DNA from: Podarcis muralis
Lineage: Eukaryota
Assembly (NCBI RefSeq): GCF_964188315.1
Contig: NC_135656.1
Location: forward strand, 120,962,001-121,026,000
DNA length: 64,000 bases
Reading direction: 5' to 3'
In this document: positions 22,239-35,800 of the stretch, piece after piece
How positions within the stretch are numbered: position 1 is the first letter of the stretch
Layout: each line of letters opens with the position of its first letter
The notes under the pieces: model-generated
Database searches by the model: none
What the model saw: the letters and a program-made list of their open reading frames with translations, nothing else
What the model was told of the DNA's origin: nothing
Made by a program: the position numbers and the translations under genes

Positions 22239-23149
22239 TCAGATGCCATCTTTTGTTTTTGTTGAGAGGTGCTCTTTTGTATTCAGATCAGGCCTCAGCA
22301 CAATAATGTAGCATTTGGGGATGAAGATGCAGCCCAGAAGCCCAGCACTGGAGGCCAAGATGGAGAAGACCTGAACAGCTACCATGTATTTCCCCTTGGT
22401 GCTCAGGTAGGTGGGCACAAAGGACACCCAAACACTGCAGAAGACCAGCATGCTGAAGGTGATCAGCTTGGCTTCATTGAAGGCCCCAGGCAGCTTCCTG
22501 GCCAGGAAAGCCACCGTGAAGCAGATGGCAGCCAGGAAGCCCATGTAGCCAAGGACAGTGTAAAACATCGCAGCTGATCCTTCGTTACATTGCAGGATGA
22601 TCTCCCCAGCCTGGGAGTGCTTATCAGAATCAGGGAAAGGAGGAGAGATCCCTAGCCAGATGGTGCAGATGAAAAGTTGGACACTGGAACAGGAAATGAC
22701 AATGGCGTTGGCAAAGGTCTTCCCCAGCCATCTCCTCACCCTGTTCCCTGGCTTAGTGGCCAGGAAGGCCAGCACTACGGTGATGGTTTTGGCCAAGAGA
22801 GAAGACACAGCAACTGAGAAGATGATGCTGAAGGCCGTTTGTCGGAGGAGGCAGGTTGTGTTCATTGGCTGACCAATGAACAGGAATGAAGATGAAAAAG
22901 AGAGTACGAGGAAGATGAGGAGGATGTAGGAGAGGTCCTGGTTGTTGGCTTTGACCATCGGAGTTTCCTTGTATTTAATGAAGATTCCTAAAACAAATAC
23001 TGTGGTTATGGACAAGAATAGGGCAAAGGAAGCTAGGATGAGGCCCAAAGGTTCGGTGTAGGCAAGGAAAGTGGTGACCTTGGGGACACACTGATCTTGG
23101 TCCTTGTTTGGATGCTGATCATCTGGACATTTGGTGCAACAGCCTGCAT
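22239..23149 (-). CDS. V2R-B exon 6 (7TM)
   Basis: [21 protein letters not shown]...[26 protein letters not shown]. Confidence 0.95.
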
Positions 23150-25434
23150 CTGAAAGGAAGAGGAGCAAATTTAGTAGCCGTAACATAAATAAGAGAATCA
23201 GGCCTGTATCGTTACAGATTAGCATGTCCAAATCCCATTTAAAACAGAGGGGGATTAGAATCACAAAAGGTTATATTTGCTGTGGGCAGCATCCCCCAAA
23301 CTATCTCTCCTGCAGTGTGCATTCCAAGGCAATTAAAAAGAAAAAAAACTAACATAATAATAATAATTCTATAATTCACACTTTCTTTAATTAAACATTA
23401 CACCATGGCATAAGACACCATGACACCAACATTTTCAAATTTGTACAGTTCTCACTTATATAAATCATAAATTTACTCCATTCTTTTTGGTACTTTGTCT
23501 CCTCCTGATTGCGAATTCTGTGTGTCAATTTAGCCATCTCAGCGTATTCAGCCAACTTTATCTGCCATTCTCCTATCGTCGGCATCTCCTATTGCTTCCA
23601 CTTTTGAGCTATCAAAACTCTAGCTGCTGTTGTTGCATACAGATATAGTCTTTGATCTATCTTCTTAATATCTTCTCCCACCGAACCTAGCAAGAATTCT
23701 CCCGGCTTTTTGGGAAAACTATACTTAAACCCTGGGACGCGAGTGGCGCTGTGGGTAAATGCCTCAGCGCCTAGGGCTTGCCGATCGAAAGGTCGGTGGT
23801 TTGAATCCCCGTGGCGGGGTGCGCTCCCGTTGCTCGGTCCCAGCGCCTGCCAACCTAGCAGTTCAAAAGCACTCCCGGGTGCAAGTAGATAAATAGGGAC
23901 CGCTTACTGGCGGGAAGGTAAACGGCGTTTCCGTGTGCGTCTCTGGCTCGCCAGAGCAGCGATGTCACGCTGGCCACGTGACCCGGAAGTGTCTTCGGAC
24001 AGCACTGGCCCCCGGCCTCTTGAGTGAGATGGGCGCACAACCCTAGAGTCTGGCAAGACTGGCCCGTACAGGCAGGGGTACCTTTACCTTTTACCTTTTA
24101 TACTTAAACCTATTTCTGTTCGCCCAAGGAATGCCCTCCCCCCTGGAGTCACCCACCTTCCTGGATGGAGATTGTCCCTTCCGTACATGAAGCACAAGCA
24201 TAGCAGCAAATGGGCTTTCCTTCTTGAACCACTTTGGCGTATCCAGGTCGACAGCTTTCGGTACACCTGGAGCGAGGCATTGTCTAACCGTAAAGTGAAG
24301 GAGCATTGAAGGGAAATTGTTAGGGTATGGAAGTGAGTCATAGGGTTTGGAATGACCCTAATGGATTCCCCTCCCTCCCCCTCCCTTCTATGTAAATATT
24401 GTTGATGCTCTAATGCATGGCTTAGAAAGTACTTTGGCGTACATAATTTTGCTGCTCCAATTATGGCAGAGCAGAGGGCCAAGGAAAGATCATGTGTCTG
24501 ATACTAAGCTAGGAGAGGAAATAGTTGTTAAGAAAAGGGAATATGTCCCCCCTCTAGGGCCCGGGGGGGGGGGGGGCTGGGTGGTTTCCAGGAAGGCTGA
24601 TCGATTGCCAAATGACTGATATACAGTGGTACCTCGGGTTAAGTACTTAATTCATTCTGGAGGTCCGTTCTTAACCTGAAACCTTTCTTAACCTGAGGTA
24701 CCACTTTAGCTAATGGGGCCTCCTGCTGCCGCCGCGCTGCCAGAGCACAATTTCTGTTCTCATCCTGAAGCAAAGTTCTTAACATGAGGTAATATTTCTG
24801 GGTTAGAGGAGTCTGTAACCTGAAGCGTATGTAACCTGAAGCGCATGTAACCCAGGGTACCACTGTACTGCAATACAGCAAACAGTCTGCTTAATAATTA
24901 TGAAGAACAGTTCAATAAGGTGGAAGCTACTGTATTTCTAAATCTTAAAAGGAAGGTTTGGACAACAACTTGGATGGGAAGGATTAACAATTTGGGAGTT
25001 GCCACGACATTAATTTTCAGAGAGTTGGATAACAGCCTGGACTGGAATGGAGCCAGATGAAGCTGCGCTAGTAAACAAACAAACAAACAAACAAACAAAA
25101 ACAGTTGAAAAAGTATATTACACAAACAAATCTGTATTTGACGGACGAAAGGTTATATGATTTCTGACATGATTGAGGATCACAGAGCCAGAGACAAGAA
25201 AGTTTGGAGAGTTGAAATCGAGATGTGGAAATATGGAAATATCGACGAGAGGCAGGACTGAGATTTGGACATGCTTGAAGGTTCAGACTATGAGAAGCCG
25301 TAAAATTAATAATTATAATTCGGAAGATAATTTGACGATTTTTATTTATTTTATTTAATTTTTTTTTTGATTATGATTTGATATGCTAGTTGGATGTCTT
25401 TTATTGGAAAATTAATAAAAACGATCTAACAAAA

Positions 25435-25482
<48 letters not shown>

Positions 25483-26460
25483 AAAGGGAATATGTGGCAG
25501 TTTTATTTGGAATCCAGTGTCCAGTTGCCACTCAGATCATGCACATATTACATTAAAAAACACAGCTCACACAACTCTGTATGCAATTATATAGAAATTT
25601 CCAAAGACAAAATGTAAAAATAAGTTTCCGTTTCTTTAAATATAGCTTTTACATAATGTATGCAATACCAAAATCAGGTTCAGGTACAATATGGGATGTC
25701 TTGAAAACCAAAGTTCCATCCAAATGTTCCTTTATTCAATAAAGAGAAAAGAATGTCTACAAGTGTACTTGTTGCTAAGGGATAACCCACGGACTGGGAA
25801 AAACTGCCCACATTACTGGGAGTGTTGTGGCATTGCTCTCAATCACTCAAACCACAGTGGCAGTGGTCCAGGCATGTGAAATCCCAAGTGGAACAATGAG
25901 ATCACTGGATGGAAATCCCTGTTTCGAATGTATTCGTCCAGTCGGTCCAGACATCAGAACACATGCTCAAGTAGATAACTCAGCTACATAAACTTGAAAA
26001 GGCTCTCTGCTCATTCTATAATCCCTGAGATCAGCCCTAGACTAGTGCGAAAATTAATCGGATAAGAATAAGTTCATTTTCTGGATCATACGGAACAAAC
26101 CCTGTAAGTTATTTGAGCTTAATAGATGCCACAAAGGGACAGGCACACAATTCATTCTGCCTACCTTGTTAAAATGTGAAGGCCAGACAATGGCTTCTGG
26201 GTTAATGGTGAGCTTTAAATGTGAGCCCGCCTGTCTCTCTACACTCCCGACTTTCACTCTGCCACGAGACTCGTTGGGAAACAGCACCCAGTTCACAATA
26301 TCATAGTCAGCTGCCAGCTCCCCATTTTCATCCGAATACAATCCACCTCTGGAGGAGTTAAACAACTGGACTTTCCTTAAGAAATGATGAAGCTGGGATG
26401 ACAGAGCAAACACGTGCATTAAGAAAGCACTGAAGCCAGTTGTATATTGCACTTCCCCCC

Positions 26461-26511
<51 letters not shown>

Positions 26512-28952
26512 TAATTTATTTATTTAACATAATTATTACAAAATATAAGCAAAATATTGCAAATACATACATACATACATACATATTTCAGATAAACACA
26601 CACATAAAAAAGAAAAGAGAAAAAAAGAAGAAAAGAAGAAAGAGGAAAAAATAGAGACAGAAAAGAAGGAAAGTTGGAAGAATTTCTTCCAAATTTATTC
26701 TACAAATATCTCAATATGAAAATATTAATAAAATTTCATTGATTGACTTCCATCACTTACACTGCACTTCCTATATACATTTTAAGCAAGATTGTATCTG
26801 TTATTCTGTATTTTTCCCATACAATCTCACACAAATATTCTAATCAATAAGTTTTCTAAATCTTTCATAAATCTAAACACAACCAATACTTTACATTTAA
26901 TCTTTGTCTACATAAATAATCATTTAAACATTTCCATTGTTTCTGGATTATATTTTTTGGTTTTTGCCTTATCAAATCAGTCAACTTTGCTAATTCCAAG
27001 TATTCTCATAATTTATTCAGCCATTCTTCTTTGGTTGGAAATAATTTCCTTTCCAATTATTGGCTATTAACATTCTTGCTGCTGCTGTCACGTACAAGAA
27101 AATATTAATTTTGTCATTCGGGATGTCTCCATTCAAAATTCCTAATAAATATGATTCTGCTCTTTTGTTATGTGATGTTTTGATTAGCTTTTTAATTTCT
27201 AATGTATCATATTCCAATATTTCTTAACTTCCAGACATGGCCACCACATATGGTATAAGGTTCCAATCATTCTGTTACACCTCCAACACTCTAATATCCT
27301 ATGAATTGGGACCTGTGTCACATTTGGACTCATAGTGATTGACTGCTGTTGACTTTCCACAGTCAAATCTGAGATTCATTCCCCCCACTTTCTCCTTCAA
27401 CATTTTGGAGATCAGCAGAGCCAGCTTCATCACGTATAAAAACTCAGTGTGAACCCTAAGGTCAAATTCTAATGTCAGGTAGGGTGAAGTCATCCACTTG
27501 AATCAACACATTTGGGGCACCATTTAAATGAAGGACAGTGATTCCAGAATTAGACAGTAGGTTGCAATTAACAAAAGGGAATACCTGCCATGGCTGCAGT
27601 CTTCCATGTCCCCAACTTTCTCCTCTACTCATCTGTTTGGATCTGGATGAATATGCCGAGTTTAAGGCAAGTGCCACAACTTGGATGCTGTGGTAAGTAA
27701 TGTAGCTGTCTTGAGACAGGGCCCTTTCAATCTCCTCCTGGGGGAGAATCTCCAGTTTCTCTTTCTCTGTGCATCTTGTCCAGCCTTTCATGGGCAGCAC
27801 ATTCTCTGGACATGAACAGTGAAATGACTTCTCCCAAAATTGTTGTATTTTGTCAGAGAATGGCTCATAGTGGTCACATTTTGTCCATTTTCTAGTCTTC
27901 ATGGTGAAGGACAAAGAACCATGGGTGTACATGAAGAAATCAATATCGTAACTCAAATTCATGTTGATGTCCGGAAAAGCTGTTGTGATCCAGACTTTAC
28001 CCCCAGCTTGTAAATTTTCAAATATTTCTTGTATGTGGAAAATTGGCACAAAATCATAAGACGAGTCCCCATAATAAACATATACATTGACTTGTCTCCA
28101 CCTGGCAGGTAGTTCATTCATGTGGTACGCTGTCTCGTGTTGTATTCTTTCTGAGAAGGCAAAACAAATTCTACTGCTAGTCATCAACGGTGTCAAGGCA
28201 TTCAAGAACCTTTCTCCATTGTCATTGTCTGGAGCAAAGATTCCAATCCACGTCCATCCAAACTGAAGGAGAAGTTGGATAATCCCCTTGTACTGGATTT
28301 CTTCCTTTGGGATCATCCGGTAGACAAAAGGGAACTGAGTTTTATCATCAAGAGCAAAGCCATAACTGACCTAGTGAGGAAATAAAGAATACCAGGTATT
28401 TGTTCATAAGAAACAAAAACCTGAAAGAGCTTGACCTATTAGCTGAGGATGAGTTATTGGTAACCTTTCACTTCAACAACAGATAAAGTGGAAGTATCTT
28501 TGAGGACACCACTATGAGGGCTGAACCTCCTCCTTACCTTCACTGAGCCCAGTGTAAATGGTGGTTTTAAGCCTATATATTGTTCTTCTTCAGAGACGTG
28601 GGTTAAACCACAGAGCCTAGGACTTGCTGATCAGAAGGTCAATGGTTCAAATCCCCGCTACGGGGTGAGCTCCCATTGCTCGGTCCCTGCTCCTGCCAAC
28701 CTAGCAGTTCGAAAGCACGTCAAAGTGCAAGTAGATAAGTAGGTACCGCTCCAGCGGGAAGGTAAACGGCATTTCCGTGCGCTGCTCTGGTTCGCCAGAA
28801 GCGGCTTAGTCCTGCTGGCCACATGACCCGGAAGCTGTACCCCGGCTCCCTTGGCCAATAAAGCGAGATGAGTGCCACAACCCCAGAGTCGGTCGCGACT
28901 GGACCTAATGGTCAGGGGTCCCTTTGCCTTTATTGTTCTTCTTCAGGACACT

Positions 28953-28987
<35 letters not shown>

Positions 28988-29485
28988 AGAGAGAAGGGGG
29001 GAAAGTGTCTTGAATACTTAGGAGAAACATCACTTTTATGAGATGGTATTGAATATAATTAAAAAATCTGCTAAACTAAGGCATAGGCTTGTGGATGGAT
29101 AGAGACTTTGCGCCGGTGTTTCAAGCGGTGTTGATTATCATTCAGAATCAAGTAGGAGTATTATAAAACATGTACCGGTAACTTTATTTATACAAGCTTT
29201 CTTTCAACTCCTAACTCTCTCTGACCCTCCTGGTCTGTCTATATATACTTTTTGTGTTGAGTAACTTCCTGGTTGTGCCTGGTTGTGCCAAGGCACAGTC
29301 TGACCCCCCCCCTCCTTCTGTAATCCTCATTGAACTCTAGCCCAATGGTTATGCCATTAATTTGATTCTGAATTGATTTTAGAATGTATTTTAATTAATT
29401 GACTGTGATTTGATGTAAATTGTGCTATTTTTACAGTTGTTAGCCGCTCTGAGCCCAGCTTTGGCTGGGGAGGGCGGGATAAAAA

Positions 29486-29545
<60 letters not shown>

Positions 29546-30647
29546 CTTGGGGCTTCTCTCTTCATCTGGTGTCCTCACCCTTTACTTAGTTCCACATATG
29601 TTTATGCAGGGTGGACAAGGTTTGTTTATTTAAAAATCTCTTTGGATGATCGTTCTGGTTTTTATTTATTAACATTCTTATTTTTGTGTCTGTGAAATAA
29701 CTTTTCATGACAAAAACAAAAAATATATAACACCATAAACTTATGAGTAACATTAAGAGCATTGATTAAATCTCTCCTGTGCTGTAAAACATTTGTTCTT
29801 CTTACAAATTACAGACCTCCAAGCCAGACTGAAGACTTGGGTGATGCCTTCCTAGAGCATTCAAAAAGGAGAGATACAGTAGTAATGGGAGACTTCAACT
29901 ATCCCAATATCTGTTGGAACTCAAACTCTGCCGAGAATGTAAGGTCCAACCAATGCTTCCATTGCCCCACTCACAATTTCCTTTCCAAGAAGGTGGAAGA
30001 AACAACAAGGGGATCATCTATCTTGGACTTGGCTCTCACTAGCAGGGAGGAACTGCTCCATGAATTGGCAAGTATTGAGAAGCTTGGGGGTTGTGGAATC
30101 ATCATGTTCCTGGGTTTCATTATACAGAGGAAAGGGATATGCACTCTTGACGAGGAAGGATGATTTCAAAAAGCTTATGGAACTACTGGGTGAAAGCCCA
30201 GAGAAGGGAGTCCAAGATGGATGGAAGCTTCTTACAGCTGAAATATTGAAGGCACAAATACAGACAATTCCATCAAGAAATAAAAGTGGGAGGCATTGAA
30301 AGAAACCATCCACTATTATGGAATCTCCAATAGGTGGTCATCCAAGTCCATACCTGTGGGATTTTGTAAATATCTGCCATGCTTGAAATCTGGATAGAGA
30401 TGTCAGATTCAGCCCTTTCAATGACAGTCAATGCATTCTTCCTTGTTCCACAGAAATAGTTTGGAATACTCTTTCCTCCAGTAGAACGCAGGTTTAGCAT
30501 GGCTGTGGAAACCAGTCTGCCATCAAAATAGGTGTCAAAGAGGTTGTATCCGAGGGTGATGTTGGGTAAGAGATTGGGCTCCTGATTGATTTCATGAATG
30601 GCAAATAAGAAGGACAGGACATGCCAGTATCTTGTAGGAGAAGTTCT

Positions 30648-30683
<36 letters not shown>

Positions 30684-32457
30684 ACAAACAAACAAACAAG
30701 CAGTTATGACAACCTCCCATTTTTCTCTCAGTGAAAACAAGATGCCACGTTCTTTCTTTAATAAAGGAAGAGTATAATGGAATATATGCTGTTTTGCTTT
30801 ATTAGAGAAGCGTAGAAAGCAAGTACAAGAATTACGACATGATAATAAGGAGGCTGACATTGCAGGACATTGTGGAAGGACGTGTGGATCCAGAATTGGC
30901 CCCCACAGTCACTTATGGACTCATTGTTAAAACTGTGTTTATGGAAGACAATCTTACTCGGCTACGAGTGATTGCCAAAGAATAATAATAATATAAAACC
31001 TTTCAAAATTAACCTTTATATCATTGCAATTTATACTTTATCCAGTTCTAATTACACTCATTACAAAATATCTCAAAAAATTAAATTAATATAGAAAGAT
31101 AGAAAATTTCTCATTACAAGCCTTCAGACCACCTTGCTAGTGATGTTAATTGCTTACAATGATCTTTCAGATATCGTATAAATTTGCTCTAGTCCTTTAG
31201 AAATACTTGATCGTGCTGGTTTCAGATTTTTCCTGTCAGCTTCACCAGTTCTGAAAAGTCCATCATCTTCATCTGCCACTCTTCATTCATTGGTACTTCT
31301 TGTTTCCATTTTTGGGATAAAAGAATTATTGCTGCAGTTGTTGCATACATAAATGGTATTTTATCTTCCCTTGGTATCTCGTCACCCACTATGCCCAATA
31401 GAAAGGCTTCTGTTTTTTTAACAAAAGTATTTTTAAACATTTTATATAACTCATTATATACCATTTCCCAGAAAGCCTTTACCTCTTTGCAAGTCCACAT
31501 GTGGTAGAAGATACCTTCCCTTTCTTTACATTCCCAACACTTATTGGTTCTTGTCTTGTACATTTTAGCAAGTTTAGCTGGTGTTAAATATCAACCTAGA
31601 GCCTGTTTCTAGCTTCTGGCTCACACACCTCAACCTGGGCTTTCATCTTTCTACCTACCAGCCAGTTGTTTTCTGGCATGAAGCCTCCTCCTTTGTTACC
31701 TGAATGAGCCATACTTAGTGGGTCATTATCAAGAAACTAGAGGGACGTGGTTGGTGCTGTGGGTTAAACCACAGAGCCTAGGACTTGCTGATCAGAAGGT
31801 TGATGGTTCAAATCCCCACGACGGGGTGAGCTCCCGTTGCTCGGTCCCTGCTCCTGCCAACCCAGCAGTTTGAAAGCACGTCACGTGCAAGTAGATAAAT
31901 AGGTACCGCTCCGGCGGGAAGGTAAACGGCCTTTTCCTTGTGCTGCTCTGGTTCGCCAGAAGCAGCTTAGTCATGCTGGCCACGTGACCCAGAAGCTGTA
32001 CGCCGGCTCCCTCGTCCCTCGGCCAATAAAGTGAGATGAGCACCGCAACCCCAGAGTCGGCCACGACTGGACCTAATGGTCAGGGATCCCTTTACCTATC
32101 AAGAAACTGGCCTGGCTGCCTAACACCTTTTCCCCAACTCACACCAATATAGTCTGTCACCCCCTGTTAGCTGAGGTCAGTCACAATGCAGGTGGGGCAG
32201 AATTAACTCCTTCAGCATGTAGTTACTTACTCAAGAATCCCAATGAAAGGTGGCTGGGAGAAGGCATAGGGTCCCAATACAGCAAGTTTTGGAGAGATGA
32301 CTCCACTCACAAGGTAGTCCCCTAACCTATAATAATTCACTGGTTCCTGTGAATACAAGGAGAGATTGAACGAGCATTTTGCCTTCTGCATCCCCCAGAC
32401 TGCCTGGCACAGGAGCAGTGATATCATTCTAGCAGCACCAGAGACAGTCACCGCCAT
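22239..32457 (-). CDS. V2R-B: intact vomeronasal type-2 receptor, about 856 aa
   Basis: Exons 32457-32231, 30645-30354, 28370-27585, 26392-26165, 24283-24157, 23149-22239; total 2571 nt, in frame, canonical splice sites. Confidence 0.92.
23734..24097 (+). mobile_element. Sauria SINE
   Basis: TSD TATACTTAAACC; ACCTTT tail. Confidence 0.9.
24157..24283 (-). CDS. V2R-B exon 5
   Basis: [42 protein letters not shown]; 127 nt. Confidence 0.9.
24547..25478 (+). mobile_element. L1-type retroposed insertion with (GAAA)n tail; Tigger-like MITE nested
   Basis: 17-bp TSD AAGAAAAGGGAATATGT at 24530 and 25479; absent at the homologous site in V2R-C and V2R-D. Confidence 0.7.
26165..26392 (-). CDS. V2R-B exon 4
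   Basis: [35 protein letters not shown]...WPSHFNK; 228 nt. Confidence 0.9.
26460..27290 (-). mobile_element. L1-clade 3' fragment (same 3' UTR recurs at 39120-39445; another L1 piece at about 23380-23720)
   Basis: YLLGILNG...[17 protein letters not shown]; near-identical 3' UTR at 39120-39445. Confidence 0.75.
27585..28370 (-). CDS. V2R-B exon 3
   Basis: [29 protein letters not shown]...LQPWQ; 786 nt. Confidence 0.9.
28594..28930 (+). mobile_element. Sauria SINE
   Basis: TSD TATTGTTCTTCTTCAG. Confidence 0.9.
29780..30300 (+). mobile_element. CR1 LINE endonuclease-region fragment
   Basis: YRPPSQ...[13 protein letters not shown]...SILDLALT. Confidence 0.8.
30354..30645 (-). CDS. V2R-B exon 2
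   Basis: [33 protein letters not shown]...YKIPQ; 292 nt. Confidence 0.9.
30648..30700. repeat. (GCAA)n(ACAA)n microsatellite at the V2R-B exon 2 acceptor
   Basis: Direct reading. Confidence 0.95.
31140..31600 (-). mobile_element. L1-clade ORF2 C-terminal fragment
   Basis: [25 protein letters not shown] (CCHC-like) ... [16 protein letters not shown]. Confidence 0.8.
31741..32096 (+). mobile_element. Sauria SINE
   Basis: TSD TATCAAGAAACT. Confidence 0.9.
32231..32457 (-). CDS. V2R-B exon 1
   Basis: [22 protein letters not shown]...[15 protein letters not shown]; donor GA|gtaagt. Confidence 0.85.
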
Positions 32458-32569
32458 TCGGACCAGCCATGAATTCAGATTTAAAGGCAGTGAAAGAAAC
32501 TGGCATAGACCCAGCCTGCCCCAAATCTCACCTCAGGCTTATTAATAAACAATATCTATTTATAATTTT

Positions 32570-32800
32570 GAGGAGGATTTATGTTACTTTGCTATCCATG
32601 TGATAAGCTGCATCATACGACCCTTGATGGTGATGTTTCGATTACTGAGCTCTGGAGAAATCCCTGGAGTTTTGGTTTCAGGAGAAGAATAAATCACTAT
32701 AATTTCCATAATTATATGAGAAATAAAGTTTACCACTGCAACTCCCAGGTCTGTCTGTGTGGTTCATTGAACAGGAAAAACATGTTTGCAAGAAATCGCT
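32570..32800 (-). promoter_or_regulatory. Conserved V2R upstream module of V2R-B
   Basis: ATTTATG at 32577, GCTCTGGAGAAATCCCTGGAG at 32649, TAATTA at 32709. Confidence 0.65.
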
Positions 32801-35800
32801 GACATCGTTTCAGAGTTTGGGCCAGCGACGGGTTGTGTGACTGAACTTTGCAAACTTTGAAATGAAGAAACAGTTGCAGAAGAGGCAAGATTGAAATGGT
32901 CTTACTTTTAGGCTATATATGAACGGGGAAGGGGGATTCATCCCTCTCCTGCTACCCTGCCCGGCCACTATGCAGAAACACTTATCGTGTCTGTTGGGTA
33001 GCCCCATTTCACTGTCCTGCCTGTCAGCAGAAGACCAGCTTTTTCTTGTGGGATGATGAGCGTATGGGTTGGAAGTCTGGCCAACTGTGTGCAGGCCTTA
33101 CCAGTGTTTATTGTAGCTACTTCTTCGGCAATCACTCATAGCCAAGTAAGATTGTCTTCTATATGTCCGTAAGTGACGGTGGAGGCCAATCAAGTTCCCC
33201 AATGAAACATACAGCTTCTCTAATTAAGTAACCCAAGAAAGAGAAACCTGAGGAACAAAGGCAAGGCTTGTACCAACTCACAAACGGTGTCTAAAAGGGG
33301 AAATTATCATGTATGGAGGAGGAAGATGATTTCCTTTGACTCAATACACAACATCTTTCTTGTGAGCTGGCTGACCTCACCCCATTCCTTTAATCAATGG
33401 CAGAGGCCCACATCCTGAGGGAGCAGCTAGCCAATACACCAGTCGAGAGTGGGGGGGATCCCCTCCCCCCCAAACTTGGAGGTCCAAGCGTGTCAGAGAA
33501 CAAAGGAGATGAGTGGGGTGGGGAGGGACTTCCCATTGGCGTGCTTCTTGCTGTGGAAGTGAGGCGGAGCCAGAGTAAGCAACTGATATCCTTACGGAGG
33601 GTTGCCTGTTTGTGCTTGCAACATAATGCTGTAATAAAAGGAATATAAATCTACCAAATGCTCATAAATTCTTATCGGTGAGCTACCAGAAGGAAGAGGG
33701 GAACTCCCGTACTTGACAACAGACCTCATTTCAGACCTCTTCCAACTGGATTCTCTTTATTTATTCCTCACTTCACCCCTACTTTTCTGGCTATATCCAT
33801 CCTCCCTCCCCTTTAATTTATCCTGTGTTGCGTTCCAAAAGCAAGGAAGGATTGCACCCTGATTAATAAAATACACATGAGGCTTGACCAGCAAGACTCT
33901 GGGAGGAGTGCCAATAATAATCTCTCCACCCCTTGGCCCAGGTCGTTTTATTCACAAAAGAACTTTTTACACAGTGTTCGTAAGAACCAACCAGATTTCC
34001 TTTGAACATTTCAAAAAAAAACCCACGTGGGACAAAGTCAGATCAGAAGAAATCCTTTTAACTACAAAGAAACTATTTCCTACTTGAGTATGCATACGTG
34101 GTTAAGCTAAATAAACAAGAACCAAGGAGGAATGCATTTACCATCTCCGTGTAAACTGTGTTTCTGGCCCTTAAGATCTATCTAAAGATTAACAAAACTA
34201 ACAAAAGCTAAATCAAAGCTACCTTCTATCTTTATGGCTCAGGATGCCTGGTGAACAACTGGCCTGTGTTTAGAATGCTTATACGTCCCTGTCAGGCGTA
34301 GAGAAAGAAAATGGCAGAGGTGCAGAGGCTTGTGGGATTCGGTCAGAAATGATTGTCAATGACTCAAACCCAGTTAAGCAATGCTTTCATCGTGACACAA
34401 TGGCTGGTTCCATTTTTTATAATCCCTCATAGCAATCCCACCTGACCCCCACAATCCTGGTCCTTTTCTCCTTGAGTCTTCCACCATGTTGCTGCCAGCA
34501 GAGCGTGACTGAGGCCCGGTCTGCAATGTGAGCCCTTCTCTCTGATTCTAATGCCTCCTCCTCACTCACAGTTGCAGAGGAAAATTGGCCCCTGGCGTTA
34601 CCATGGAGGCGACCTAAGCTAGAGCTGCAAGCTCTTCATTATGCCATAATGTATGATGTCACAAGCAGCATAAGCTCTGCTCATGTTCTCAGAAATAAAA
34701 GCTGCCACTTTTCTTGCTGGCAGAGCTCTTGTGCGGCTAGTGAGTGCCTCAGAGGCATCGTTACTCGCAGGCAATCATCATTAGATTTGCACGCTATGAA
34801 AAGGTTCCTCAGGAGAACTGCTCTCTGTCAGTCAGCCACTAAAACTACAGGAGGCTAACAAGAAAGAAAGAAAACGAAGGAGCATAGCAGACCACAGATT
34901 ATATATCCATTGACAGCCTTGTGGTCAGTTTGGCATTTCTGCGCCACCAGGTTGTATTTTGAACTTGGCAGAAAATGCAAAGAGCAAAACTGCACCCCAT
35001 TTGAAACTTGAGATAAGGGTCATGATTCCTGACTGGCTCTCTCCTCTCCTATTTCTATCCTATAGATCCTCTCCTGTGCCTGTCTGATTTGACCAGTTTG
35101 CCTGCCTTTTCACCATTATTAACTGTAATGCTACTGGATTATTAGGCAGGCAACAGGGTAGGGTTATGTGGGACTAAGTGGTTAGGGGACAATGAATGAG
35201 ACTAGTTTGTGATGAATGTTAATGTCCAGTTTTACTGTTTCCCCGTCATGACTCCCAGGCTAGCTGCTTGGAGAAATCAGAGACACAGAGAGCTTCTGCT
35301 AGCTCTTTTATTTAAATCAACAGGATACACATAGAGACTATGGATTATGCTCTCTTCAGTCTCGAGACATTGCTCAGAGTGCCTGCTCCACCCCCATTGT
35401 GGCACTTCCTAGCTTCCAAAACCCTCCTTACTGTCTACAGTGGCTAGCAATGGAATATTTCTGTCTCTGTTTAGCCTTCTGCTCTAAGATATGAAGGAAT
35501 CGCCTGGTCTGTGGAGAAGGAGGAGGTTCCACCAGGCTTTCAAGTGATGTAGTGTCCACTGTCTGAGTACTGTTTCTCTGACTTCTGAGTCCTGTCCCTG
35601 TTCAGAACTAGAGCATCTGCTGGTTCCTCATCTCCCATTATTTCTCAGCTCTTTGTTTCTTCTTCTGGGGGGTGTCCTGTTTGTCACCACCACCAATCTG
35701 GGTCCATTGTATCCCCATTTTCCTCCTGCTTGGAGGCTTCTTGAGGTGGAAGTCTCCACCACTACTCCTCACCTGCCCAGTCCCTGACACCCCTGAAATT

